From: an uncultured Gemmatimonadales bacterium
GTDB lineage: Bacteria; Gemmatimonadota; Gemmatimonadetes; Gemmatimonadales; GWC2-71-9
Length of the DNA stretch: 64,000 nt
Direction of reading: 5' to 3'
Assembly: GCA_963828735.1 (NCBI GenBank)
Contig: CAWHFW010000002.1
Span: forward strand, 544,001 to 608,000
Made by a program: the position numbers and the translations under genes. Below the pieces are notes generated by a model that was given only the letters and a program-made list of their open reading frames with translations, was not told the origin of the DNA and did no database searches. This document shows positions 45,152-55,600 of the stretch, piece after piece. Every line of letters starts with the position of its first letter. The stretch's first letter is position 1.

Positions 45152-47530
45152 CTACTGAATCGCCATCGCCAGTCGCATCCGCTCCTCGGGTGCGATCAGA
45201 TGATCGACATCCCGGGCCGCCTTGTTGACGTCGATCTCGACCCAGTTGACCTCGCCCGAGAACTTCCCGCCCGGCGTCTCATTGTCGTTCGTGACGGGTG
45301 AGCCCGACTCGTACCCGATGTCGAGCGTCTCGTCGGCGGAGAAGAGCGCCGGCTCGGTGCGCTCGATGCGGGCGGCGCCGACCGCTTTGCCGTCGACGAA
45401 GAGTGTGGCGGTCCCGCCCTTCGCCAGGCCGCCGCCTTCGTAGGCGAACTCCATCCGCACCTGGTGCGTGCCGGCCGGGATCGGCGTGGAGGCCTCGGCG
45501 TAGTACTGATTCAGGCCGAGGAAGTTGTAGCAGTGTTTCAGCCTCCCGCTCTTCGCGTAGAGCGACCATCCCCCGGTGATCCCGCCCAACGCCACGATGG
45601 TGCCCTCCGCACCGGATTCCGGTACCACAATCTCGGCGGTGATCGCGTAGGACTTGTTGTGGGTGTTGACGACCGAGCTCTCCGTGAGCCGCCCCATGCC
45701 GCCGAACAGGAGCTGGCGGTTCCCTTTGACCAGCTGCGGGCGGCCGGCGACATCGGGGTTCGCGCGCTCGATCATCCGGTCGTCGAGCGGCAGCACCTGG
45801 TACTTGGCTGCCTCGAGCAACCAGAGACGCTGGAGTTCGTGCAGGCGGTCGGGCTGCGCTTTCGCCAGGTCGTGTGCCTGGGTCCAGTCCTTGGTCGTGT
45901 CGTACAGCTCCCAGACGTCGTCGTGGAAAGCCATGGTTTTCACGTAGCCCGTCTGCCACGGAATCCGGTGGCGTGTCACGGCGGTCCAGCCCTTGTGATA
46001 GATGCCGCGATTGCCGAACATCTCGAAGTATTGCGTCTCGTGACGGTCGTGCGCCGTGGCATCGTTGAACGAGTAGGCCATGCTGACGCCCTCGAGGGGC
46101 TTCTGGGCGACGCCGTGCACGAACTGCGGCTCGGGCAGCCCGGCCACCTCGAGGATCGTCGGCGCGACGTCGATCACATGATGGAACTGGCTGCGGATCT
46201 CGTTCCTGGCCTTGATGCCTTTGGGCCAGTGGACGATCGTGCCGTTGCGTGTGCCGCCCCAGTGGGAGGCGACCTGCTTGGTCCACTGATAGGGCGTGCC
46301 CATCGCGTGCGCCCACCCTACCGCGTAATGATTGTAGGCCTCGGGACCTCCGAACTTGTCGAGCCGTGCCGCGAGGAACGCGGGTGTCTCGAGCTGCGGG
46401 AACCCGCCGAGGGTGATCATCTCGTTGAACGTGCCCTGCAGGGAGCCTTCGGCCGACGCGCCGTTGTCGCCGATGATCACGTAGATCAGGGTATCGTCGA
46501 GGACGCCCACGTCCTCGAGCGCGGTGATCACCCGTCCCACATGGTGGTCCGCGTGCTCCAGGAAGCCCGCGTAGATCTCCATCTGCCGCGCGAGCACCGT
46601 CTTCATCGTGGCGCTCACCGTGGTCCAGGCCGGGATTTCGGGATGGCGCGGGGTCAGGTCGCAGTCGGCGGGAATGACGCCCAGCCGCTTCTGGCGCGTG
46701 AAGGTCTCCTCGCGGAGCACGTCCCAGCCGGCGTCGAACTTGCCCTTGTACTTGTCGGACCACTCCTTCGGCACGTGGTGCGGCGCGTGCGTGGCGCCGG
46801 GCGCGAAGTAGACGAAGAACGGCTTGTCGGGCGCGAGGGACTTCTGCTGGCGGATCCACTTGATCGCCCTGTTGGCGAGGTCCTCGGTCAGGTGATAACC
46901 CTCAGCCGGAGTCTTCGCCGGCTCGACCGGAGACGTCCCCTCGAACAGCGCGGGATAGTACTGATTGGTCTCACCGCCGATGAATCCGTAGAAATACTCG
47001 AAACCGCCGCCGCCACTCGGCCACCGCTCGAAAGGGCCGATGGGGCTGGTCTCCCACACCGGGACCTCGTGACACTTGCCGAACTGTGCGGTCGAGTAGC
47101 CGTTGAGCTTGAGGATGTCGGCGATGGGGGCCGCGGTGTTGGGACGCATCGAGTTCTGGCCCGGCGCCGAGGTGGCCAGCTCGGTAATGGAGCCCATGCC
47201 GACGGAGTGGTGATTCCGACCGGTCAACAAGGCCTGGCGCGTCGGCGAGCATAGAGCGGTCGTGTGAAACCGGTTGTACTTGAGCCCGTTGCCGGCCAGC
47301 CTCTCGAACGTCGGCGTTTGGCAGGGGCCACCGAAAGTGCTCGACGCCCCGAACCCCACGTCATCGATGAGGACCACCAGCACGTTGGGTGCGCCCTTCG
47401 GTGGACGCAGAGGCCGGATCGGGTCGAAGCTGGCTTCCTTGTCCTTCGCATCGAACGTGATCACGCCGGAGGCCGGGCGGTCCGGGATCGGGAGAACATC
47501 GCGCGCGATGTTCCCGTTGCGGTCTGGCAT
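45152..47530 (-). CDS. Arylsulfatase (Cys-type, no signal peptide)
   Basis: PNVLVVLIDDVG, HTTALCSPTRQALLTGR, GKCH and GDNG. AAGGAG RBS. Confidence 0.92.
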   Translation of the reverse strand: MPDRNGNIARDVLPIPDRPASGVITFDAKDKEASFDPIRPLRPPKGAPNVLVVLIDDVGFGASSTFGGPCQTPTFERLAGNGLKYNRFHTTALCSPTRQALLTGRNHHSVGMGSITELATSAPGQNSMRPNTAAPIADILKLNGYSTAQFGKCHEVPVWETSPIGPFERWPSGGGGFEYFYGFIGGETNQYYPALFEGTSPVEPAKTPAEGYHLTEDLANRAIKWIRQQKSLAPDKPFFVYFAPGATHAPHHVPKEWSDKYKGKFDAGWDVLREETFTRQKRLGVIPADCDLTPRHPEIPAWTTVSATMKTVLARQMEIYAGFLEHADHHVGRVITALEDVGVLDDTLIYVIIGDNGASAEGSLQGTFNEMITLGGFPQLETPAFLAARLDKFGGPEAYNHYAVGWAHAMGTPYQWTKQVASHWGGTRNGTIVHWPKGIKARNEIRSQFHHVIDVAPTILEVAGLPEPQFVHGVAQKPLEGVSMAYSFNDATAHDRHETQYFEMFGNRGIYHKGWTAVTRHRIPWQTGYVKTMAFHDDVWELYDTTKDWTQAHDLAKAQPDRLHELQRLWLLEAAKYQVLPLDDRMIERANPDVAGRPQLVKGNRQLLFGGMGRLTESSVVNTHNKSYAITAEIVVPESGAEGTIVALGGITGGWSLYAKSGRLKHCYNFLGLNQYYAEASTPIPAGTHQVRMEFAYEGGGLAKGGTATLFVDGKAVGAARIERTEPALFSADETLDIGYESGSPVTNDNETPGGKFSGEVNWVEIDVNKAARDVDHLIAPEERMRLAMAIQ

Positions 47531-47686
47531 GGGTGACTCCTTCAGGGGGCCCGCTTTCAGTGCTCGGTGCCTCGGGCCGGTTGCCAAGCGATTCGGGGCG
47601 GCGGCGAAGCGGGCGAAGGCGAGGACGCGCAGCAACACGTCCGGAGCAGACTGCAACGAAGTTGGGCCTCATCCGCCGTGTCGAGC

Positions 47687-47703
47687 CAGTACACCTTGGT
47701 ACA
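47687..47703 (-). promoter_or_regulatory. Regulon box
   Basis: Minus strand tgtaccaaggtgtactg, with CAACTT 22 bp downstream. Confidence 0.8.
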
Positions 47704-47836
47704 CGCGCCGGCGCTCGGGAGCGCCCGTCGAAAACAGGTGCAGGCGCGAGGCGACGCTCCGCCTCCACGCCTGCACTTTCCGACATCACCCGCAGATTCC
47801 AGATTCGCGCCGAGACACGCCTACGCTGTCACCCGG

Positions 47837-48409
47837 TCACCGGTGTGCGAGACGCTGCGCGAACCCGCGGGCCTTGAACGCCAGCATGACCATGAGAATG
47901 CCGAAGGCGAAAGCGTACGCGCCGATCAGCCACAGCACCGTGAGGGCACCTGCGCCGGGCCGCGCCATGAGAAGAACGCCGAACGCGACCGAGGCCAATC
48001 CGCCAAGAATGAGCAGCCACTCCCCTTCGATCTCCTTGCGGAGGCGGATCGCGGCCGCGATCCCGAGCACACCCCGGGCGATGGCCCAGATGGCGATGTA
48101 GTAGAGGAGCGCGAGAGCCGTGAGCCCCGGGGCGGCCAGGGTCAGGATGCCGACGCCGACGCCCAGCAGTCCTCCGAGCAGCAACACCCACCACTGCTCC
48201 TGATCCTTGCGTCCGGCAAGCGCGGTCCACACATCGAGGACCCCGTCCGCCAGCGAGTACAGGCCAAAGAGCAGGACCAGGGAGGCGAGCGAGATGCCGG
48301 GGCGCAACCACGTCAGAAGGCCGAACGCGATGGCCGCGAGGCCACGCAGAAGCAGACGCCACCAACCCCGAGTGAGAATGGTCGCGAAGCGTTCCCCCAC
48401 GCCGTTCAT
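47837..48409 (-). CDS. hdeD: HdeD-family (DUF308) acid-resistance membrane protein
   Basis: WWRLLLRGLAAIAFG...WAIARG...RKEIEGEW motif. Confidence 0.88.
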   Translation of the reverse strand: MNGVGERFATILTRGWWRLLLRGLAAIAFGLLTWLRPGISLASLVLLFGLYSLADGVLDVWTALAGRKDQEQWWVLLLGGLLGVGVGILTLAAPGLTALALLYYIAIWAIARGVLGIAAAIRLRKEIEGEWLLILGGLASVAFGVLLMARPGAGALTVLWLIGAYAFAFGILMVMLAFKARGFAQRLAHR

Positions 48410-48512
48410 GATGGTCCCCCTTAGGCGCGCGGTGGCCGACCTGCGATCAGGCCGGCCACCGCGCACATCGTAGAGAAGAGAACGGTGGTTCTGAATCGCG
48501 TCATTGCTTCGC

Positions 48513-49076
48513 TCAGAACAGACCGCTTACCAAGCTGCTGACTTCCGGTCCTCCGACCTGCCCGAGGTACTTGGTGACCTCCGGAACGAACTTGGAAGCC
48601 GTCTCCGGCGGGATGCCCAGCTTGCCGAGGGCCGCGTTCAGACCCGCGACATCCGTGATGGAGCCCGTATCGACACCGGCGGCCTTGGCCGCGTCGAGGC
48701 TCGCGGTGCCTCCCCCTGGAAGCGATCCCGCGACCTTTTGATAATCGCTGGCGGGCAGCTTGTTCTGGGCGTAGGCCAGGACGGCCCCGGTTCCTGCGGT
48801 GGCCTGCGCGGGCGTCACGCCGAGGTCCGACGTCAGCGACGCCGGCAGCTCCCCGGCAGGCATGGCGGGCGCCGCCGCAGCTGCTGCGCTATCGGCCGAT
48901 GGTACCGCAGCCGTCGCCGCGGCAGCGCTATCGGCCGACGGGGCAGCCGGGGCCTCGCTCGTCACCGCACCGGCGCTATCGGCCGGCGCCGCCCCCGTCT
49001 CCGGAGTTGACTTGCTGCAGCCCGCGAGGGTCGCGGCCGCAAGCAAGGTGAACGTCAGCAGTGTATTCCGCAACAT
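48513..49076 (-). CDS. DUF2780-like lipoprotein
   Basis: LAGC lipobox, A/P/S linker, LGVTPAQA.AG.GA motif and KFVPEV. Confidence 0.7.
   Translation of the reverse strand: MLRNTLLTFTLLAAATLAGCSKSTPETGAAPADSAGAVTSEAPAAPSADSAAAATAAVPSADSAAAAAAPAMPAGELPASLTSDLGVTPAQATAGTGAVLAYAQNKLPASDYQKVAGSLPGGGTASLDAAKAAGVDTGSITDVAGLNAALGKLGIPPETASKFVPEVTKYLGQVGGPEVSSLVSGLF
48886..48985. repeat. 3 copies of gcgctatcggccg (coding ADSA repeats)
   Basis: Copies start at 48886, 48925 and 48973. Confidence 0.65.
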
Positions 49077-49119
49077 GAATGCTCCTCTCCAACTCGTGAA
49101 AACTTCTTCCGCGCCCGCA

Positions 49120-49136
49120 CAGTAGATCCTGGTGCA
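49120..49136 (-). promoter_or_regulatory. Regulon box (variant)
   Basis: Minus strand tgcaccaggatctactg, with no clear -10 at the usual spacing. Confidence 0.6.
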
Positions 49137-49247
49137 CGAGCCGGACACCTGGTGCGCCAAGCGCACCTTTCGCCGCCAACCGGTAGACCACCCTGGGCGC
49201 GACCACCCTGAACGCAAGGGAGCGCCGCCATCGAGCCTCCCAACGCG

Positions 49248-49760
49248 TCACTGCGACGTCGTGTCACCGACCATCGGCATGTTCGCTTGCAGGTTCGCGC
49301 TGATCACCGCGTCGAGCGCGTTCTCGATCTGGTAGAGGCGAGCCACCTTCACCGCTGGCAGGACCTTCTTGAACTTGCCGATGTACTTCTTCTGGAGATC
49401 GAGATGGCCCTGGCGAATCTTGAACCAGTTGGTCAGCAGGTCTTCCGCCTCCTTGTCCGTCATCTTGTCCGAGGTCTTGACGTAGTTCTCGATCAGCTCG
49501 ACCCGCTTATCGCCGATCTTGGCGACCTCGGCCTGGTACTCCCGGTAGACCGGCCAGAAGTTTTCGCTCTCCTGGGGCGTGAACTCCATGAGCTGCTGCA
49601 GGATGTCCCGGCGCTTGTTCTGCACGTCGGCCCGGGTCAGCTCAATCTCATCGTGCGCGTTTTTGACCTGGCCGGACTCCGTCTGGGCCCTGCAGGGGGC
49701 CGCGGCGGCAACCAGGCCCCAGGCCAGAACGGCCAGCCCGGCGGTTCGAGTGTATTCCAT
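49248..49760 (-). CDS. Exported helical protein of unknown function
   Basis: Signal peptide ending CRAQ, FWPVYREY and KFKKVLP..KVAR.YQIEN. Confidence 0.75.
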   Translation of the reverse strand: MEYTRTAGLAVLAWGLVAAAAPCRAQTESGQVKNAHDEIELTRADVQNKRRDILQQLMEFTPQESENFWPVYREYQAEVAKIGDKRVELIENYVKTSDKMTDKEAEDLLTNWFKIRQGHLDLQKKYIGKFKKVLPAVKVARLYQIENALDAVISANLQANMPMVGDTTSQ

Positions 49761-49812
49761 ACGGAGGCTCCTCAAGGGGAGCCCCAGAATAGGGCTGTGG
49801 CGGGCCCGGACC

Positions 49813-49829
49813 CATTGGACCTTCGTGCA
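49813..49829 (-). promoter_or_regulatory. Regulon box
   Basis: Minus strand tgcacgaaggtccaatg, with TATTCT 21 bp downstream. Confidence 0.85.
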
Positions 49830-49843
49830 GGGCCCCCCTTGGC

Positions 49844-50815
49844 TTACATCAGGACGCGCTCGGCGCAGAGGCCGATGGACCGTTCCAGGTGCTCCGCATT
49901 AAGGGTCCCGGCCAGCGCGATGAGCGTCACCCGGCACCCGGGGGGCTCCGCCGGCCCCCAGGGGCGGTGGCGGCGGACGCTCCAGCGCGAGCCGAGGTGC
50001 TGGAACAGGAATCGGTGGACCGGGTCCCTAGAGAGGGAGAGCACGCCCTTGGCCCGGAGCACGTTTCGGGGAAGCGCCGCTACCCACCGGCCGAAGGCCG
50101 CCTCCCGTATGGGACCGGGCCCGGCCCAGCTCCAGCGTTCGTACGCCGTCCCGTGGTGGGGAGGAAACTCGGGGCCCTGCGCGGCTTCCACCGTGCGCCG
50201 CTCGAGCCGAGCGTCGTCGGCCCGGTGGCTCCCCAACAGCACCAGCGCCGGAAGGCGAGCGTGCGAGGCCTCGACCACCTGGGCGCCGGGCGCCAGCGCA
50301 TGAAGCCACTGTACGACCGCCGTGCGCTCCCGCGGCGGCACCAGGTCGATCTTGTTCAGGACGAGGAGATCGGCCGATCGGAGCTGCTGCCGGATCCGGA
50401 TCCCCGCGTGCCGTTCCACCGCGGCCAGCCGGATCGTTTCGGCGTCGGCCACGACGATGGTGCCGTCCAGTCGGAAGCCGGGGAGGTGGCCGCACTGGGC
50501 GATCGTCCTCGGATCGGCGATCCCGCTGGCCTCGATGACGACGTGGACCGGGGGGTGGGGGCGGTCGCGGATGGCGCACAGGGTGCCGGCGAGCTCCGCG
50601 CCGAGCGTACAGCAGAAACAGCCATTGTCGAAGCGGAGGAGGTCGTGTTCGCCGCCCTGGACGTCATCGTCGTCGAAGCTGACGTGACCGAAGTCGTCCA
50701 CAGCGAGGACCAGCCGGCGGCTGGTGGCGGTGCGGACCAGATGCCGGAGCAGCGTGGTCTTCCCCGCCCCGAGGTAGCCCGCGACGACGGTGATGGGGAT
50801 GGGGGCCAGGCTCAC
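49844..50815 (-). CDS. CobW/COG0523-family metallochaperone GTPase
   Basis: GYLGAGKTT, GCFCC, EASG, NKID and the C-terminal RAKG motif. Confidence 0.88.
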   Translation of the reverse strand: MSLAPIPITVVAGYLGAGKTTLLRHLVRTATSRRLVLAVDDFGHVSFDDDDVQGGEHDLLRFDNGCFCCTLGAELAGTLCAIRDRPHPPVHVVIEASGIADPRTIAQCGHLPGFRLDGTIVVADAETIRLAAVERHAGIRIRQQLRSADLLVLNKIDLVPPRERTAVVQWLHALAPGAQVVEASHARLPALVLLGSHRADDARLERRTVEAAQGPEFPPHHGTAYERWSWAGPGPIREAAFGRWVAALPRNVLRAKGVLSLSRDPVHRFLFQHLGSRWSVRRHRPWGPAEPPGCRVTLIALAGTLNAEHLERSIGLCAERVLM

Positions 50816-51216
50816 CGGTCCATCTCCCCTACCGCCTCGATGGCGGCGAGGAGCGAGCGGTCCTCGAAGGGCTTGCGCAGGCAGATCACCGCCTCGGACC
50901 GAAGCCGGACCGCCGTCACCTTGGCGTCATCATGGGCGGTGATGAATACGGTCGGAGGCGCGTGGCCGCGGGTGCACAGCTTCGCGTAGAGGTCGATGCC
51001 GTTCATTCCGCCGAGGTACACGTCGAGCACGAGGCAATCCAGCTCATCCGGGGGATTCGTGCTCAGAAACTCCTCGGCGGAGGGATAGGTGCGAACCTCG
51101 AACCCTGTCGCCCGCAGCAGTCGGCCGAGCGCTCCGCGCACGCCCTGATCGTCGTCGACGACGACAATCCGGGTCGGCGCACGATCCGTGGGCGTACGCT
51201 GGAGACTCGCGGTCAT
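50812..51216 (-). CDS. Single-domain response regulator (receiver only)
   Basis: VVVDDD, LVLDVYL, FITA and RKPF. Confidence 0.9.
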   Translation of the reverse strand: MTASLQRTPTDRAPTRIVVVDDDQGVRGALGRLLRATGFEVRTYPSAEEFLSTNPPDELDCLVLDVYLGGMNGIDLYAKLCTRGHAPPTVFITAHDDAKVTAVRLRSEAVICLRKPFEDRSLLAAIEAVGEMDR

Positions 51217-51270
51217 GTGTTTTCTTGGAAGGATGTGACTTACAGAATCGGGTCGGGCTGGGCGGGACGG

Positions 51271-51287
51271 TATTGGCTCTTGGTATA
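51271..51287 (-). promoter_or_regulatory. Regulon box (variant)
   Basis: Minus strand tataccaagagccaata, with GATTCT 21 bp downstream. Confidence 0.6.
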
Positions 51288-51318
51288 ACTCGGCGGCCGC
51301 GTGGCGCGGCCGGCCGTT

Positions 51319-52047
51319 TTATCCCTGCCGGTCGGGACCGGGTTCGGGGCTCCCCTCAGCGCCGCCTCGCCACCCAAGGCGTTCGGCGAGGTGGACCAGC
51401 TGAGCGAGGGAGGCGGCCTCCATCTTTTGCATGACCCGGCCGCGGTGCACCTTGACGGTCTGCTCGGTGGTTCCCAGGCGGCCGGCGATCTGTTTGTTCA
51501 ACAACCCTTGGACGACCAGTGCGAAGACCTCCCGCTCGCGGGGCGTGAGCATCGACAGGCGCTCAGCCACCTGGCGGTGGTCTTCCAGCGCCTGGCGCCG
51601 CATCCGGTCCCGCTCCAGGGCCTGCTCCACGGCCCGGAGCAGGTCATCGTCGTCCACGGGCTTCGTCAGGAAGTCCACCGCGCCCGACTTCATCGCTTTC
51701 ACGCCGGTCGCCACGTCCCCATAGCCCGTGATGAAGATGATCGGGATCTTGCAGCCCGACATCCGCAGCATCGCGAACAGGTCGAGTCCATCGACCTCGG
51801 GGAGCCGCAGGTCGCTCACCAGCACCGCGGGCCCGTGCTCGTTGTGCTTGTCGAGGAATTCGCGCGACGACGCGAAGAGCTCCACCTGATACCCGGCGGT
51901 TCTGAGCAGCCGCCCCAACGCCTTGCGCACATTTGGATCGTCGTCCAGCACGAATACGAAGGGCTGGTCGGCAGCCTGCGGGTCCCCGCTCTCGGTCGAG
52001 CGGGCCCGCGCCTCGGACGGCGGTTCGGACGTGGGACGCGGCTTCAC
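51319..52047 (-). CDS. FixJ/NodW-family response regulator (REC + LuxR HTH)
   Basis: [23 protein letters not shown] and LTPREREV...NKQIA...TVKVHRG. Confidence 0.93.
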   Translation of the reverse strand: MKPRPTSEPPSEARARSTESGDPQAADQPFVFVLDDDPNVRKALGRLLRTAGYQVELFASSREFLDKHNEHGPAVLVSDLRLPEVDGLDLFAMLRMSGCKIPIIFITGYGDVATGVKAMKSGAVDFLTKPVDDDDLLRAVEQALERDRMRRQALEDHRQVAERLSMLTPREREVFALVVQGLLNKQIAGRLGTTEQTVKVHRGRVMQKMEAASLAQLVHLAERLGWRGGAEGSPEPGPDRQG

Positions 52048-52553
52048 GACGGATCGGGAGATGAAGCGCTCCTGTCAATCACGGGTTCCATTCCACTCGG
52101 CGACCGCGGCCGCGGCTCGGCCGGACGGCTTGCGGGTGCTGCCCCGACCGAAGCGCCCGAGGAACCGGCACCTGTGTGCCCGGGGGCCGGATGACCCCGC
52201 GAAGAAGAGGTTGACGACGCTTGGAATTGCCAGCGGCGAGAACGGCCTCGAAGGTCCTTCCCCCGGCCACGACCGGAACCCGGAAACCCCTACCCTGCGG
52301 CAGTCATCGCGGGCACATCCGACCCCTCTCGAACGCCTTGGCCACACGCGACGCAAATCGACAACTCGCGTTCCGGCGTCGGCGGCGCGACCATCAGAGG
52401 CTGGATATCCCGAAGACGGCTCGGGCTTGCTATGTCGATGCATGCGGGCTTCCAGGAGGGCTGCCGGCGGGAAGTTGCCCCTCGGCCTCCGTCACGCCGC
52501 CATGGCGAATATTTACCCACCCCCGGCGGCGGTCAAGGGTACGGGCGCCACGG

Positions 52554-52570
52554 CCGACCAAAGTCCAGTA
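52554..52570 (+). promoter_or_regulatory. Regulon box
   Basis: ccgaccaaagtccagta, with TAAGCT 22 bp downstream. Heads tamB-tamA. Confidence 0.8.
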
Positions 52571-52612
52571 TCCTGGGGCACGTAGACGGCGATAAGCTGG
52601 ATCGTCTCGGCC

Positions 52613-55600
52613 GTGCCGCCTGGCGCCGCGCGGCCGTGTTTTCGTCTGCCGAACCGGCGTCGAAGGACCGTCACCCTGGCCCGCACCCTGCTTCGCGTGC
52701 TCCTCCGCCTGCTGACGATCGGGGCACTCGTCGTCCTCGGGTTCATCGTGGCCCTGTATCTCGGTGGGGCCACGTGGATCGTCAACCGTGTGCTCCAGCG
52801 AGTTGATCCCTTCCCCGATACGTCCCTGCAGACCGCCCGCGTATCCGGAAATCTCCTCACCGAGCTCACCCTTCATGACGTGCGCCTGATCCGCGCGGAT
52901 TCGCAGCCGGCCTGGCGGCTCGACAGCGTCCGGGCGGCCTACGACCCACGCCAGCTGTTCGGAAACGAGATCGTCATCCGGGAGGGGATGGTCTTCGGGC
53001 CGGACGTCGTGCTTCAGCAGCTCACCAACTCGAAGTGGGACTTGCCCCGCCCTCGACCCAAGCGCGCCGGCGCCGGCCCGTCCAAGGGGCCCCGTATCAC
53101 GATCGAACGCCTTGCGGTGTCCGGCGGCAGGGCGGCAGTGCGGTTCAGCGGCTCACGGGCGGGACGGGTGGCGCACCTCGACAGCGTCAACGCCCTGGCG
53201 GCCGACATCCGGATCGCGAACGGCGTTCGGATTTCGCGGGCAATGATCCGGCTTCGGGCGCGCAACGAGCAGGGCACCCCCGAGCGGGCAACAATCGTGG
53301 CGAAGGGGTCGGTAGAGCCGGACCTGATCACCATCGCGGATCTGTCCGTTCATTCGCCGGGCAGCACGATCTCCGCTCACGGAGCGATACCACTGCGGCG
53401 CGGGAAGGGGCAAACCCGTGGCCCGGGCCGACTCGAGGCGCATGTCGTAGCGCAACCGCTTCAATTTCGTGACCTGAGCCTGCTGGATGCGAGATTCGAA
53501 CGTGCCGGAAGCGTCGGCCTCACATTCGATCTCGGCGGTGAGCGCGATGGGTTCATGCTTCGGGCGAAGGCCGGGTTCTCGGACGGTGGTACCGCACACG
53601 CGGAGGGATACCTCACGGCGCGTGGCGTGACCCCCGTGGAATATCGCGGAAGCGCGATGCTCCGTTCCGTCGACCCCAGCCTGTTTACGCTGGGACCCAC
53701 CCGTTCGGAACGGGTGAATGGCGACCTCGAAGTCGACTTGCACGGATCGCGTGCCGACCTCATGAACGGACGAGCCGCGCTTCAGGTGTATGACTCCCGC
53801 TACGGCCCGATCCGAGCAACCCGCGCACAGGCGAAAGCGACCTTCACCGAGGGTCGCGCCCGGCTCGCCGCGGAGACCGAATGGAAGCCGTTCGCGATGG
53901 CGTTGAACGGGTGGTTGCGACCATTCGATACGGTGCCGACCTACGACCTGACGGCCCGGCTCGGCCGCCTGCCCGGAGACACATCGTCCGTGTGGCTCGA
54001 GCGCCTGCTTGGGAGCGGCACCGCCCGGGTCGCCGTCAACGTGAAGGGACGAGGCGCCGGTCCCCGGACGGCGGACCTCAGCGTGGTCGCCTCTCTCGAG
54101 CGCGGGACTGGACCGCGAGGGCTCCTCGACTCGGTCTCCCTGCAGGCTCGGCTCATGAGCGGCTCGGCTGAGGTGCGTGGACGACTGGGGGCCACGGGGG
54201 GCCTGGTTGCCTTTCGCGGGCAGGCAGTGCTTGGAGACGCCCTGCAATACCGGGTCGAGCGAGCGACCATCGACCACGTGCGTCTGTCTGCCCTGGCCGG
54301 CGACACGACGGCGAGCTCGCTCGACGCCACCTTCTCGCTCCGCGGCACGGGTACGAGCGCCGATTCCGCCGAGGCGCACGCCGAGGTTCAGGTCGCCCGG
54401 ATGTCATATGGCCGGCACGAGCTCGCCGGCGGCCGGCTCGACTTGGGCCTCAGGCAGGGCACCACGCGGGTTGTCGCCCGCGGCACCATGGACGGTGCCG
54501 CGGTGGACGTCGATGCGTCGGCGCGGCCGTTCGCGGCCGAGCCTGTGGTCATGGTCGACCACCTCCGTTTCCGTCATGTCGATCTGGCGCGAGTGGCGCC
54601 TGGAGCAGGCCTCTCGAGCGACCTGTCCGGGATGGCTCGTGTGCGGGTCCGGGGCCGACGTTCCGAGGCGCTGCACGTCGAAGGGGGCATGACGCTGGAG
54701 CCCTCGCGCCTCGGCGCGGACACGCTGGAGGAGGGCACGATCGAGGCCTCGCTCGACCGGGGCGATCTGACCGTCCGCACCCGGCTCCTCTGGCCCGCGG
54801 GGCGACTCACCCTGGCTGGGACCGCACGGCCGTTCGATTCCCTTCCCACGTACTCCGTTCGCGAGGGCGCCTTCCAAGGTCTCGACCTGGGCAAGCTCCT
54901 CCGGCGGCCCTCGCTGCGTACCGCTCTCTCGGGCTCGTTGCGCCTCGAGGGCAGGGGTCGCGAGGCGAAGAGCGCGAGGCTCGACGGCACCATCACCGTC
55001 GACTCGTCGATCGTCAACCGCACGGTCATTCGCGGAGGCCGGCTTCAGCTTGCCCTCACGGATGGACGGGCTCGGATCGTCGGTGGGCTACGCGGTGACG
55101 GCGACAGCATCACGATTGATGGCACCGCGGAGCCGTTTGCCACGCCACGCCGGGTACACCTCACGAGCCAGATCGCGATCGCCGACCTCGCCGCTCTGCT
55201 CGGGCGCGACACGATCGATGCGGGCGGTGCGGCACGAATCGTCGTAGAGGGGGAGCTGGGCCGTCCGGAGGCGACGCGACTTCGCGGCACCATACGGGGC
55301 AACGGCCACTTCGCCGGCATCTCCGTGGACTCGCTGCGGGCCGACGGCCGACTCGCGGCGGGACTGCTGGACCTCGATACCCTGGCGATCAGGTCCAACG
55401 TCGCACATCTGACCGGCGGTGGTCGGGTCGCGCTGTACGGGCCGGACGCCACCGCACGATCGGCCTTCCGCCTCGGCGGGAGCCTCCGGGATCTCGCGCC
55501 GCTCGGACCCGTCCTGGGGATCGAGGGACTCGCCGTCGATTCGGGTCGCGTCGACCTTCGCCTCGATGGCCCCAAGGCCCGCACCCATCTCGAAGCCGAC

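Noticed and set aside
52048..52553. Short ORFs between the FixJ-like gene and tamB
   Set aside because: No RBS, motif or consistent coding signal, so the region is treated as a divergent promoter region.
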